Part shown: positions 19,344 to 29,563 of the stretch, piece by piece | How the letters are laid out: the number at the start of each line of letters is the position of its first letter | How positions within the stretch are numbered: the stretch's first letter is position 1 | Notes under the pieces: model-generated | What the model was told of the DNA's origin: nothing | Seen by the model: only the letters and a program-made list of their open reading frames with translations | Databases searched by the model: none | Position numbers and translations under genes: made by a program | DNA from: Bacteroidota bacterium | GTDB taxonomy: Bacteria > Bacteroidota > Bacteroidia > Bacteroidales > UBA5342 | Direction: 5' to 3' | Assembly: GCA_003249935.1 (NCBI GenBank) | Contig: QKHT01000075.1 | Coordinates: 2,602 to 66,601, forward strand | DNA length: 64,000 nt

Positions 19344-20180
19344 ATGAGCCTTAGTTATAATATTGGGGGAACCTTGTTTTATAGTAAAATGCCTGTGGTA
19401 ATGGGTATTTTAAATATTACGCCCGATTCTTTTTACGATGGTGGTAAACATTCGGCATTGAAAAGTGCCATCGAAACTGCCGGTAAAATGATTTCGGAAG
19501 GTGCTTCTATGCTTGATATTGGTGCTTTTAGCAGCAGGCCCGGTGCCGAAATGATCACCGAAGTAACAGAGTGGGCTCGTATTAAGCCTGTTTTAAAGGA
19601 AATCAGAAGCTGTTATGGCACCATCCCAATATCGATCGATACTTTTCGTTCGGGAATTGTTCGTCGCGCTTATGACGAAGCCGGTATTGATATTGTAAAC
19701 GATATTTCGGGAGGCGATTTCGATAATCAGATGTTTGATACCGTTGCAAATTTGGGTGTTGCTTATGTGTGCATGCACATGAGAGGCAACCCGCAAACAA
19801 TGCAAACATGTACTGAATATGAGAATTTGGTTCAGGACATTATAAAAAATTTAGCTGTTAAATTAGCGAAACTCAGGGCGGTAGGTGTTTGTAGTATTTT
19901 GGTTGATCCGGGGTTTGGATTTGCGAAAACAATCGATCAGAATTACGAATTATTGCAACGGTTAAACGCGTTTGAAATACTTGATTCGCCTGTTTTAGTC
20001 GGTGTTTCGAGAAAGTCGATGATTACAAAAGTATTGGATTGTCTTCCGTCTGAAGCTCTTAACGGGAGTAGTGTGCTGAATACAATGGCTTTAATGAAGG
20101 GTGCAGCGGTGCTTCGCGTGCATGATGTAAAAGAAGCAGTTGAGTGTGTTAAACTTTATACCAAACTAATAACTGCATAG
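19344..20180 (+). CDS. folP: Dihydropteroate synthase
   Basis: GILNITPDSFYDGG, DIGAFSSRPGA and VDPGFGF motifs. The start is set at the ATG at 19344 rather than the TTG at 19308. Confidence 0.9.
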   Translation: MSLSYNIGGTLFYSKMPVVMGILNITPDSFYDGGKHSALKSAIETAGKMISEGASMLDIGAFSSRPGAEMITEVTEWARIKPVLKEIRSCYGTIPISIDTFRSGIVRRAYDEAGIDIVNDISGGDFDNQMFDTVANLGVAYVCMHMRGNPQTMQTCTEYENLVQDIIKNLAVKLAKLRAVGVCSILVDPGFGFAKTIDQNYELLQRLNAFEILDSPVLVGVSRKSMITKVLDCLPSEALNGSSVLNTMALMKGAAVLRVHDVKEAVECVKLYTKLITA

Positions 20181-20182
20181 CA

Positions 20183-20947
20183 ATGTTTTTTGAAATCAGG
20201 TTAGTCGATATTTTTGATATATTTTTAATGGCCTTTTTACTATTTCAAGGCTACAAAATGATAAAAGGCACCGTAACGTTTACAATTTTTATTGGATTGT
20301 TTTCGTTTCTTGGTGTTTGGTTATTGGTTAAGGCATTGAATATGAAATTATTAGGTGCTGTTTTTGATAACCTGATTAGTGTTGGCGTTATTGCCATTAT
20401 TGTGCTGTTTCAGGAAGAGATACGTAAATTCCTTATTGTTATAGGTTCGAGATACAACTTCAATCACCTGTTTAATCTCGAAAATATCATTGAGAAAAAT
20501 AAGGGGGGTATGCTTAAAATTTACATTAAAACTGTGGTTCAAGCCTGTAGTAATTTGTCGAAAAGCAAAACCGGTGCCCTCATTATTATTACAAAACAAT
20601 CCGATTTGCCCGATATTGTAAAAACAGGCGAAACAATTAATGCGACCATCAATTCGAGTTTAATCGAAAGTGTTTTTTTTAAAAATAATCCGCTTCATGA
20701 TGGTGCTATGATTATTTCGGGAAACAAAGTGAAAGCTGTACGTTGTATATTGCCAATTTCGCACAATACCGATTTACCCAAGTCGCTGGGGTTGCGACAT
20801 CGTGCCGGTTTAGGTATGGCTCAGGGGTCCGATGCACAAGTAATTATTGTGTCTGAAGAAACCGGAAAAATTTCATTTGCGCAGGGTGGAAAGTTAGTCA
20901 TTGATATTACTCCGGAAAAACTGTTTGAATTATTGAAAATAGCCTAA
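20183..20947 (+). CDS. cdaA: Diadenylate cyclase (c-di-AMP synthase), membrane-anchored CdaA type
   Basis: Three N-terminal TM helices and a DisA_N domain with TGALIII, HDGAMII, RHRAGLG and VSEETGKIS. Confidence 0.9.
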   Translation: MFFEIRLVDIFDIFLMAFLLFQGYKMIKGTVTFTIFIGLFSFLGVWLLVKALNMKLLGAVFDNLISVGVIAIIVLFQEEIRKFLIVIGSRYNFNHLFNLENIIEKNKGGMLKIYIKTVVQACSNLSKSKTGALIIITKQSDLPDIVKTGETINATINSSLIESVFFKNNPLHDGAMIISGNKVKAVRCILPISHNTDLPKSLGLRHRAGLGMAQGSDAQVIIVSEETGKISFAQGGKLVIDITPEKLFELLKIA

Positions 20948-21074
20948 GTTTTATTGGTAACCCATTGAGACTTATTTATAACAATAAGGTTTAAATTATT
21001 TTAAAATGTACGTGTAATAATTTTTGATTAGTTATTTTTAACAAGCATTTTAACCATTTAAACTTGTTTCAGGT

Positions 21075-21082
21075 TACTTTTG
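21075..21082 (+). promoter_or_regulatory. Candidate -7 box TACTTTTG for the moxR-bat operon
   Basis: Matches TAnnTTTG about 52 nt upstream of the moxR ATG. Confidence 0.35.
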
Positions 21083-21133
21083 GCTCCCACAATCGTTAAA
21101 TACAAAACGTAAAAAAATTAATAACACAAAACA

Positions 21134-22132
21134 ATGGAATATTCTGTAGATATTCGTGCGCTAAATGAGCGTATTGAACGCGAAAGCGCCTTCGTAGATG
21201 CAATTCGTATGGGTATGGAGAAAGTAATTGTTGGACAAAAGCATCTTGTCGATTCATTACTTATTGGCTTACTTTCAAATGGCCATATTTTATTGGAAGG
21301 TGTGCCGGGTTTGGCCAAAACTTTAGCAATTAGTTCATTATCTAAACTTATTGATGCTAAATTCAGCCGTATTCAGTTTACCCCCGACTTACTCCCTGCC
21401 GATGTTTTGGGAACCATGATTTATAGCCAGAAAAAAGAGGAATTTGTTGTGAAACACGGACCTATTTTTGCAAACTTCATTCTTGCCGACGAAATTAACC
21501 GTGCTCCGGCCAAAGTTCAGAGTGCATTGCTCGAAGCCATGCAGGAGCGTCAGGTTACTTTAGGCGAAAATACCTACAAACTGGATGATCCGTTTCTGGT
21601 AATGGCTACTCAAAACCCGATTGAACAGGAAGGTACTTACCCGCTTCCCGAAGCTCAGGTCGACAGGTTCATGCTTAAAGTTGTGATTGACTATCCTAAG
21701 AAGGAGGAAGAAAAACTGATTATGCGTCAGAACCTTGCCGGCGAAATGGGGCCCAAAATTACTGCGGTTATAAAACCCGGGGATGTAATCAATGCCCGCA
21801 AAGTCGTACAGGATGTTTATATGGACGAAAAAATTGAACGTTATATCGTTGATCTTATATTTGCGACCCGTTTCCCTGATCAATATGGTCTGACTTCGCT
21901 TAAAGAGATGATAACCTATGGTGGATCACCCCGTGCAAGTATTAGTTTGGCATTGGCATCCAAAGCATATGCATTTATTCGCAGGCGTGGTTATGTAATT
22001 CCCGAAGATGTACGTGCAGTAGTACACGATGTATTACGTCACCGTATTGGTTTGTCGTACGAAGCTGAGGCAAATAATCTTACTTCAGAAGAGGTTATCA
22101 GCCAGATTGTGAATCATGTAGAAGTACCGTAA
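21134..22132 (+). CDS. MoxR-family AAA+ ATPase
   Basis: Walker A-like GVPGLAKT, Walker B LADEINRA, and the typical MoxR length of 332 aa. Confidence 0.9.
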   Translation: MEYSVDIRALNERIERESAFVDAIRMGMEKVIVGQKHLVDSLLIGLLSNGHILLEGVPGLAKTLAISSLSKLIDAKFSRIQFTPDLLPADVLGTMIYSQKKEEFVVKHGPIFANFILADEINRAPAKVQSALLEAMQERQVTLGENTYKLDDPFLVMATQNPIEQEGTYPLPEAQVDRFMLKVVIDYPKKEEEKLIMRQNLAGEMGPKITAVIKPGDVINARKVVQDVYMDEKIERYIVDLIFATRFPDQYGLTSLKEMITYGGSPRASISLALASKAYAFIRRRGYVIPEDVRAVVHDVLRHRIGLSYEAEANNLTSEEVISQIVNHVEVP

Positions 22133-22218
22133 TCGCAGGGATTGTTTTGGATATTTGTTTCCGGAAATAAATTTTTAATTTTTGGATAAAGATTAGTTAC
22201 AAACAATTTAATAGCGAT

Positions 22219-23085
22219 ATGGAAGCTTCGGAGTTACTTAAAAAAGTTCGCAAAATAGAGATAAAGACCCGTGGTTTGTCGCGGCATATCTTCGCTGGCG
22301 AATATCATTCGGCGTTTAAAGGACGTGGAATGACGTTTAGTGAAGTGCGCGAATATCAATACGGCGACGATATACGAAATATTGACTGGAATGTGACAGC
22401 CCGGTTCAACCACCCTTATATTAAGATATTTGAAGAGGAACGCGAGCTGACAGTTATGCTAATGATCGATGTTTCGGGAAGCCGTAATTTTGGTTCAACC
22501 GTGCAAATGAAAAAAGAGATGATCACCGAAATATCGGCGGTGTTGGCATTTTCGGCCATTACCAACAACGATAAAATCGGCGTGGTACTTTTTTCCGATC
22601 AAATTGAAAAGTTTATTCCACCAAAAAAAGGACGCAAACATATTCTTCGTATTATTCGCGAGTTGCTCGAGTTTGAACCTCAGAGCAGAGCGACGGACAT
22701 TGGGATGGCATTCCGGTTCATGACCAATGCTGTTAAAAAAAGGTGTACTGCGTTTATGGTCAGCGATTTTCTTGCCGATGGTTATGATGATGCCTTGATG
22801 ATTGCTGCACGAAAGCACGATGTAATTGCGCTACAAATTTACGACCGCCGCGAAGAAGAATTGCCGGATGTCGGGCTCGTGAAATTTGCTGATGCCGAAT
22901 CGGATGCAACGGCTTGGGTGGATACTTCGGATGTGCGTATTCGCAACGATTATGCACGTCAATGGCGCGATGGACAGGCTCGTAGGGCACAGTTGTTTCG
23001 TAAAGCCGGTGTCGACTCGGCAAAAATCAGGACCGACGAAGATTATGTGAAATCCTTAATGCAGCTCTTTAAAAAGCGTGCTTAA
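22219..23085 (+). CDS. DUF58 protein (VWA-like, MoxR partner)
   Basis: FKGRGMTFSEVREYQYGDDIRNIDWNVTAR is the DUF58 signature region. It follows moxR. Confidence 0.85.
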   Translation: MEASELLKKVRKIEIKTRGLSRHIFAGEYHSAFKGRGMTFSEVREYQYGDDIRNIDWNVTARFNHPYIKIFEEERELTVMLMIDVSGSRNFGSTVQMKKEMITEISAVLAFSAITNNDKIGVVLFSDQIEKFIPPKKGRKHILRIIRELLEFEPQSRATDIGMAFRFMTNAVKKRCTAFMVSDFLADGYDDALMIAARKHDVIALQIYDRREEELPDVGLVKFADAESDATAWVDTSDVRIRNDYARQWRDGQARRAQLFRKAGVDSAKIRTDEDYVKSLMQLFKKRA

Positions 23086-23104
23086 ACATTTTAAGAAATT
23101 GAAA

Positions 23105-24133
23105 ATGCAAAAGTTTAAACAAAGCTTTAATATCATATTGTTTTCGACAATTTGCCTGATGAATAGTGTATTTGTTAATGCACAGGAGTTTAAGGCCCGT
23201 GCAGCCATCGATTCGTCGGTAAATCTTATCGGAAAGCAGTCTAATATACTTCTCGAATGCACCATGCCACAAAATGCAAAAGTAGCCTGGCCTGCCATAG
23301 ACGACGTATTGACGGATAAAGTAGAGGTTATTGCAAAATCGAAAATCGATACAGCCTCAATCAGTGATGGCCGAATGACGCTTCAACAGCATATTGCCAT
23401 CACATCGTTCGATAGTGGCTTATATTTTATTCCACCTTTTCGTTTTGCGTTGCAGAATGGCGTTGACACTGTGGCCTCTAATGGATTGGCCTTTAAGGTG
23501 ATTACTTTTAAAGTAGATACAACAAAGGCCATTTTTGATATTAAAAAACCCTACCGTTTACCGATTACGTTTCGTGAAGTATTGCCATGGATTATTGGGG
23601 CACTACTCCTTGCAATTCTTGTTGTTATCATGGTTATTGTGTTTCGGCGTATTCAACGGAATGAACCTGTATTTGGTGGAATTATCCGCGAAAAAGTTCA
23701 CGAACCGGCCCATATTGTAGCTCTGCGCGAACTGGATAAACTTAAGAACGAAAAGTTGTGGCAATCGGGTCGTGTAAAAGAGCATTTTACCATGCTTACG
23801 GATATTGCCCGAAATTACATTGCCGAACGTTTTTCGTTACCGGCACAGGAGCAAACGACCAGTGAAATAGTTTCGTCGCTAAAACCCTTGCTTATTGAGG
23901 AAGAGGATGTGGTGCGCAAACTTGAAAGTTCCTTGAAAATGGCCGATTTGGTAAAATTTGCAAAATTTGAGCCTCTGCCGGACGAAGTAGATATTACGAT
24001 GATGAATGTTTATCTTTTTGTAAATAATACCAAGATTGAAGAGGTGAAAACCATCGAAGAACAGCGTGAAGAATTGCTGAAAGGTAAAGCAAACGAAGAG
24101 GAAATTAATATTCAATCGACAGAAAATAAGTGA
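23105..24133 (+). CDS. Bat-operon membrane protein of unknown function
   Basis: The ATG at 23105 gives a signal peptide (MQKFKQSFNIILFSTICLMNSVFVNAQE). There is one central TM helix and a charged C-terminus. It sits between the DUF58 gene and batA. Confidence 0.6.
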   Translation: MQKFKQSFNIILFSTICLMNSVFVNAQEFKARAAIDSSVNLIGKQSNILLECTMPQNAKVAWPAIDDVLTDKVEVIAKSKIDTASISDGRMTLQQHIAITSFDSGLYFIPPFRFALQNGVDTVASNGLAFKVITFKVDTTKAIFDIKKPYRLPITFREVLPWIIGALLLAILVVIMVIVFRRIQRNEPVFGGIIREKVHEPAHIVALRELDKLKNEKLWQSGRVKEHFTMLTDIARNYIAERFSLPAQEQTTSEIVSSLKPLLIEEEDVVRKLESSLKMADLVKFAKFEPLPDEVDITMMNVYLFVNNTKIEEVKTIEEQREELLKGKANEEEINIQSTENK

Positions 24134-24134
24134 T

Positions 24135-25127
24135 ATGAATGTGATAAAATTTGCTAATCCCGGTTATTTGTGGTTGTTGCTTCTGCTACTGCCTGCAATA
24201 GCCTGGTATATTTTTAAACAATACCGCAGTCATGCTGCACTTACGATATCGACATTTAATGGGTTCAATACCAAAATAATATCGTATAGATACTATTTAA
24301 TGCATGTGCCATTTGTTGGCAGGATTTTGGCAATGGCTTTTATCATTTTGGCATTGGCACGTCCACAGTCGTCCAATAGTTGGCAAAATGTAACGACCGA
24401 AGGTATTGATATTATGCTGGCAACAGATATATCGGGGAGTATGCTTGCCGAGGATTTAAAACCAAACCGTCTGAAGGCGGCCATTAATGTGGCTACTGAA
24501 TTTGTATCGGGTCGCCCAACCGATCGCATGGGTTTGGTGGTTTTTTCGGCCGAAAGCTTTACCCAGTGTCCTTTAACCAGTGATCATGCTGTTTTAGTGA
24601 ACCTGTTTCAGCGGATTGATGCCATCAAACTTCAGGATGGTACCGCCATTGGAATGGGATTGGCCACCGCAGTCGCACGACTAAAAGACAGCAAAGCCAA
24701 GTCGAAAGTGGTTATTCTGCTTACCGACGGACAGAATAATGCTGGCGAAATTGCTCCTGAAACAGCATCGAACCTGGCCAAGACCTTTGGCATAAGGGTT
24801 TATACCATTGGTGTGGGGACCGAGGGTAAAGCACCGTATCCGGTTCAAACAGCCTTTGGTATGCAATATCAGTATATCGATGCCAGTATCGATGAGCCAT
24901 TGTTAAGAAGTATTGCTGAAAGTACCGGTGGCAGGTATTTTCGGGCTACCGATAATGGCAAACTCAAAAATATCTATAATGAGATTGATTTGCTCGAAAA
25001 AACTAAATTGGATATTAAAGAAGTGAGTAAAAAAACGGAAGAATATCTTCGTTTTGCATTATGGGCTGCGTTCTTTTTATTACTCGAAGGGGTAGTTAGA
25101 TATGCATTATTAAAGAAAATTCCTTAA
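24135..25127 (+). CDS. batA: VWA-domain aerotolerance protein BatA
   Basis: N-terminal TM helices and a VWA MIDAS motif (DISGSM), with a C-terminal TM helix. Confidence 0.85.
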   Translation: MNVIKFANPGYLWLLLLLLPAIAWYIFKQYRSHAALTISTFNGFNTKIISYRYYLMHVPFVGRILAMAFIILALARPQSSNSWQNVTTEGIDIMLATDISGSMLAEDLKPNRLKAAINVATEFVSGRPTDRMGLVVFSAESFTQCPLTSDHAVLVNLFQRIDAIKLQDGTAIGMGLATAVARLKDSKAKSKVVILLTDGQNNAGEIAPETASNLAKTFGIRVYTIGVGTEGKAPYPVQTAFGMQYQYIDASIDEPLLRSIAESTGGRYFRATDNGKLKNIYNEIDLLEKTKLDIKEVSKKTEEYLRFALWAAFFLLLEGVVRYALLKKIP

Positions 25128-25138
25128 TTCTTACAGTG

Positions 25139-26158
25139 ATGATTAGATTTGCAAATACATATTATTTATACTTATTGCTGTTAATACCACTTTTTGTTTT
25201 GGCATATATTGTTATGTTGCGCAAACGAAAAAGAGCCCTTGATAGCTTTGGTGAAACCCGTCTGATTGAGCAGCTTGCACCGGATGTGCATCGGTTCAGA
25301 CCAATTATAAAATTTGGTTTGTTTTTAATGGCATTTACGGCATGGATTTTTGTGCTGGCCCGTCCTCAAATGGGGTCGAAGCTACAACAGGTAAAACGAA
25401 AGGGTATTGAGCTGATGATTTGTCTCGATGTCTCAAATTCGATGTTGGCTCAAGATTATTCGCCCAACCGACTGGAGAAAGCCAAACAGGCTGTGTCTCG
25501 GATTATTGACAAATTACAGGATGATAAAGTTGGGCTGATCGTATTTGCCGGCGAGGCATACACGCAAATGCCAATAACTACCGATTTTTCATCGGCTAAG
25601 CTATTTTTGTCGACCATCAATCCCGGAATGGTACCTTCGCAGGGCACTGCAATTGGTGAAGCTATTGGTTTGGCAATGAATTCGTTCGGACCGGAAGGCA
25701 GTGCCTCTCGTGCGGTTATCGTAATAACCGATGGCGAAAACCACGAAGATAATGCTGAGGAAATGGCCGCTAAAGCTAAAGAAAAAGGAATTGTTGTTCA
25801 TACCATTGGTATTGGTGATCCGCAGGGCGTGCCGATTCCGATGGGTGCCAATGGTTCATTCCTAAAAGATAATGAAGGCAATGTGGTTGTAACGAAACTC
25901 GATGAGGAAACACTTAAAAAAGTGGCCGCTGCCGGCGGTGGTATTTATATGCGGTCTGCAAATACATCTTCGGGAATAAATGCACTTTTTAATGAAATTG
26001 ATAAAATGCAACGCGCCGATATCGAATCGCGTGTATACAGTGAGTACGAAGAACAGTTTCAGTGGATTGCATGGATTGCACTCATACTGCTGATGGCCGA
26101 AATTTATTTACTTGAGCGTAAAAACAAGTACTTGTCTAAAATAAAGCTTTTCAAATGA
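25139..26158 (+). CDS. batB: VWA-domain aerotolerance protein BatB
   Basis: Same architecture as BatA (DVSNSM MIDAS motif, flanking TM helices). Confidence 0.85.
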   Translation: MIRFANTYYLYLLLLIPLFVLAYIVMLRKRKRALDSFGETRLIEQLAPDVHRFRPIIKFGLFLMAFTAWIFVLARPQMGSKLQQVKRKGIELMICLDVSNSMLAQDYSPNRLEKAKQAVSRIIDKLQDDKVGLIVFAGEAYTQMPITTDFSSAKLFLSTINPGMVPSQGTAIGEAIGLAMNSFGPEGSASRAVIVITDGENHEDNAEEMAAKAKEKGIVVHTIGIGDPQGVPIPMGANGSFLKDNEGNVVVTKLDEETLKKVAAAGGGIYMRSANTSSGINALFNEIDKMQRADIESRVYSEYEEQFQWIAWIALILLMAEIYLLERKNKYLSKIKLFK

Positions 26159-26922
26159 AACAATATAAAGTATTTATTGCAATTTCCATTTTCGTTTTTT
26201 CGGGGTTGAACCTTGCAGCTCAAAAAGCAAATGGTTACATAAGGAAAGGTAACAGTGCTTATGATAAACAAAATTATACCGAGGCCGAACTCGATTATCG
26301 TAAGGCTGTTGAAAGTAGTCCACGGTCGTACGAAGCGCAATTTAATCTGGGTGCCTCGCTTATAAAACAAAAAAAATTTAAAGAAGCTGCCGAGCAGTTG
26401 CAAAGTATAAGTGGTGCAACTACCGATAAAAAAAAGCTTGGTGCATTGTATCATAATTTGGGGAATGCCTTGCTGGAAGGTAACGAACTCGAAAAAAGTG
26501 TGGAGGCTTATAAACAAGCTTTGCGAAACAATCCTTCGGACGATGAAACCAGATATAATTTGGCCTATGCGCTCGAAAAGTTAAAAAAACAGCAACAACA
26601 GCAGCAACAACAGCAGCAACAAAATAAAGACCAAAATAAAGACCAAAAGGATCAGAAGGACGATAAAAAAGATCAGAAGGATCAGAAGGATCAGAAAGAT
26701 CAGAAAGATCAGAAAGATCAGAAAGATCAGAAAGATCAACAAAATAAGGATCAGAAAAAAGATGAAAACCAACAACAGCAGCAACAGCAACAAAAGGTAG
26801 AAAAGAAAGATGCCGAACGTTTATTGCAAGCTTTGCAACAGGATGAGAAAAATGTAAAAGAAAAGGTACAGGCTCAGGAAATGCAGCAAGCAAAACAACG
26901 GAATTCTGATAAAAACTGGTAG
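26155..26922 (+). CDS. batC: TPR protein BatC with a long Q/K/D low-complexity tail
   Basis: Signal peptide and TPR repeats, then QQQQQQQQQQQNKDQNKDQKDQKDDKKDQKDQKDQKDQKDQKDQKDQQNKDQ.... Confidence 0.75.
   Translation: MKQYKVFIAISIFVFSGLNLAAQKANGYIRKGNSAYDKQNYTEAELDYRKAVESSPRSYEAQFNLGASLIKQKKFKEAAEQLQSISGATTDKKKLGALYHNLGNALLEGNELEKSVEAYKQALRNNPSDDETRYNLAYALEKLKKQQQQQQQQQQQNKDQNKDQKDQKDDKKDQKDQKDQKDQKDQKDQKDQKDQQNKDQKKDENQQQQQQQQKVEKKDAERLLQALQQDEKNVKEKVQAQEMQQAKQRNSDKNW
26590..26795 (+). repeat. In-frame coding microsatellites (CAG/CAA runs; 9-bp GATCAGAAR x7 at 26671-26733)
   Basis: Read directly from the sequence. Seven contiguous GATCAGAAG/A units are flanked by poly-Gln codon runs. Confidence 0.9.
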
Positions 26923-26971
26923 TTTTGTGTTCGAAAATAAAATGTTTAAACCAAATAGAAACTAAAGTAGA

Positions 26972-28792
26972 ATGAGACGATTAGTTTTAATTCTTTTTGC
27001 AAATATTTTAACGCTGATAGCTGCAAAGGCAGCTGAAGTTAGCTTTACAGCTTCGGCACCTTCGGTTGTTGTGGTTGGGAGTGAGTTTTTGTTAACTTAT
27101 ACCCTTACCGCCGAAGGTGAAAACTTTCGTGCACCGGTTATTCAGGGATTCGAAATAAAAGCCGGACCAAGTACTTCGCGTCAGTTTTCAACACAGATTA
27201 TTAATGGCAGTGTTTCGCAAGAAACAGTAAATAAGTTTACCTATGTACTTCAACCCGTTAAAGAGGGTACATTTCAGATTGGTGCAGCTACGGTTGATGT
27301 AAAGGGACGTAAGTTTTCGTCAAATGTATTAAATATTAAAGTACTGAAAGGAGATGATGCCAAGGCTCAGCAGCAGGTAAACGATGAAGCCCGGCAATCC
27401 TATGGGTTTGGAGATAAAGATTTGTTTGTCAGGGCCATTGTTTCGAAAAAAACGCCATTCGTAAATGAAGGCGTATTAATTACTTATAAATTATATACAA
27501 GAGTGAGCCTTGTGGGACTTTCAGATGTTTCTTTTCCCGAACTCAATGATTTTCTGGCTTTTGAAGTAGATAAAGCCACCGATTTGAGTTACTCCATGGA
27601 AAACATTAATGGATTGAATTACAGAACCGCAATCCTGAAACAAACGTTTGCTTTTCCGCAGAAGAATGGCGTTCTAACAATTCCTCAAGCCAAAATAGAG
27701 TGCGTGGTACGGGTTCAGAACCGAAGGAATTCGATGGATATTTTCGACGATTTTTTCGGGACAACTACGGATGTAAAGAAAACAGTTTATACCGAAAAGC
27801 AAACAGTAAATGTGAAAGCCTTACCAATTGGTAATCAGCCTGCCGATTACAGTGGCATTGTGGGGCAACTGAATATTAAAAGCGACATTTCGGGTACATC
27901 AGTTAAAGCCAACGAATCCATTACACTAAAGGTAACCGTTTCCGGAAGTGGTAATCTTAAATTACTTGAAGCACCAAAAATTGCATTCCCTTCAGATTTC
28001 GAGGTTTACGATCCTACCATTAACAATAATTTCAAAACCACATCAGAAGGTACTTCCGGTGTTAAATCATTCGAATATGTCATTATTCCGCGACATGCCG
28101 GAAATTATGAAATACCCGAAACAAAATTTTCGTATTTCGATGTAAGTTCGGGGAGTTATAAAACGTTGGCGATTCCATCTTACAATCTTACCATTTCAAA
28201 AGGTACAGGCAATGGAAACAACGGTGACGTTTTAACTTCGTATGTTGGTAAAGAGGATGTTAAGGTGCTTGGCAAGGACATTCGGTTCATTACCAACAAT
28301 CGGTTTAAAATTCACCGGGCCGGTGAGTATTTTTATGGTTCAGGACTGTTTTGGTTGTTCATATTATTGCCTCTTATTTTGTTTGGAACCGCTTGGGTGA
28401 TGTTCAGACGTAATGCTGAACTTAATGCGAATGTGGTGCTGGCTCAAAATCGTAAAGCCAACAAAATGGCACTGAAACGGCTTAAAACGGCCGAAGGTTT
28501 AATGAAAGCAGATAAAAAGGAACAATTTTACGAAGAGGTTCTGCGAGCTTTATGGCAATATTCAGGTTATAAATTAGGAATAAGTCCATCTGATTTGAAC
28601 CGCGACAATATCGGGCAGATGTTAAATTTAAATCAGGTGCCTGCCGAAACCATTACAGCATTAATTGAATTGCTCGATACGTGCGAATTTGCACGGTATG
28701 CGCCGGGTGCTGTTACTGGTGGTTTACAGCAAACATTTGATAATGCGGTGAGTGTCATTGGTAATATCGAACATCAGATTGTAAAAAAGTAA
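26972..28792 (+). CDS. batD: BatD (oxygen-tolerance family) protein
   Basis: 606 aa with a signal peptide, repeated beta-rich domains, one TM helix near residue 470 and a helical C-terminus. It occupies the BatD position in the operon. Confidence 0.8.
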   Translation: MRRLVLILFANILTLIAAKAAEVSFTASAPSVVVVGSEFLLTYTLTAEGENFRAPVIQGFEIKAGPSTSRQFSTQIINGSVSQETVNKFTYVLQPVKEGTFQIGAATVDVKGRKFSSNVLNIKVLKGDDAKAQQQVNDEARQSYGFGDKDLFVRAIVSKKTPFVNEGVLITYKLYTRVSLVGLSDVSFPELNDFLAFEVDKATDLSYSMENINGLNYRTAILKQTFAFPQKNGVLTIPQAKIECVVRVQNRRNSMDIFDDFFGTTTDVKKTVYTEKQTVNVKALPIGNQPADYSGIVGQLNIKSDISGTSVKANESITLKVTVSGSGNLKLLEAPKIAFPSDFEVYDPTINNNFKTTSEGTSGVKSFEYVIIPRHAGNYEIPETKFSYFDVSSGSYKTLAIPSYNLTISKGTGNGNNGDVLTSYVGKEDVKVLGKDIRFITNNRFKIHRAGEYFYGSGLFWLFILLPLILFGTAWVMFRRNAELNANVVLAQNRKANKMALKRLKTAEGLMKADKKEQFYEEVLRALWQYSGYKLGISPSDLNRDNIGQMLNLNQVPAETITALIELLDTCEFARYAPGAVTGGLQQTFDNAVSVIGNIEHQIVKK

Positions 28793-28798
28793 AAGGTT

Positions 28799-29563
28799 AT
28801 GATTAAGTATATCAAATTATTAGCATGCGTTGCCGGCTTATTTTTTACATCAGTATGTCTGGCTCAACCCGAACAAATTGATAGGGCAAACCAGTTGTAT
28901 AGCAATAAAAAATATGCTGAAGCCTCTGAAATTTATCAGTCGTTGGTTAATCAGGGGTGGGAAAGTGCCGATTTGTATTACAATCTTGCAAATAGTTACT
29001 ATAAACAGAGTCAGATTGGTGCTGCAATTCTCTATTACGAAAAGGCATTGAAAGTAAATCCATCGCATAGCGATGCAAAATATAATCTGTTGGTAGCGCA
29101 ACAGCTTGTGGTCGATAAAGTCGATGTGGTCGAACCTTTTTTTCTGAAAAAGTGGTACAATTCGTTTCGCTCTTCGATGAGTAGTAATCAGTGGGCTACT
29201 TTCGGTGTTGTGATTTTTATTGTATCTCTTTTGGGATTTTCAATGTTTTTGTTTTTACCCAACCTTGGATTGAAGCAGTTTGGTTTTTATAGTGGCATTG
29301 TTTGTTTGGTTATCGCGTTATTTAGTTTCAACAGTGCCGGCTCACTTAAAAAATATCAGTCGAGGGCCGAAAGTGCAATAATTTTTGAACCGTCGGTATC
29401 AGTAAAGAGTTCGCCAAGTAATAATAGTACCGAATTGTTTATTCTGCATGAAGGGACTAAAGTGTCGTTGCGTCAGAGTATGGATCAGGGCGAATGGTAC
29501 GAGGTTGTACTAACCAATGGTGATGTGGGCTGGGTACGTACTGAAGCAATAAAAATTATTTGA
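28799..29563 (+). CDS. batE: BatE (TPR plus SH3-like) protein
   Basis: Signal peptide, TPR repeats, two TM helices and a C-terminal SH3b-like segment (GEWYEVVLTNGDVGWV). Confidence 0.75.
   Translation: MIKYIKLLACVAGLFFTSVCLAQPEQIDRANQLYSNKKYAEASEIYQSLVNQGWESADLYYNLANSYYKQSQIGAAILYYEKALKVNPSHSDAKYNLLVAQQLVVDKVDVVEPFFLKKWYNSFRSSMSSNQWATFGVVIFIVSLLGFSMFLFLPNLGLKQFGFYSGIVCLVIALFSFNSAGSLKKYQSRAESAIIFEPSVSVKSSPSNNSTELFILHEGTKVSLRQSMDQGEWYEVVLTNGDVGWVRTEAIKII

Noticed and set aside
20183-20947. CdaA (c-di-AMP synthase) as the missing nucleotide source for the CARF effectors
   Set aside because: It is a housekeeping folP-cdaA arrangement 27 kb away. Known CARF ligands are cyclic tri- to hexa-adenylates, not c-di-AMP, and there is no linkage evidence.
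26420-26893. 157-aa and 70-aa minus-strand ORFs in the batC repeat region
   Set aside because: The repetitive SDLSDLSDL and LIFLIFLIF translations are mirror artefacts of the in-frame batC microsatellites.
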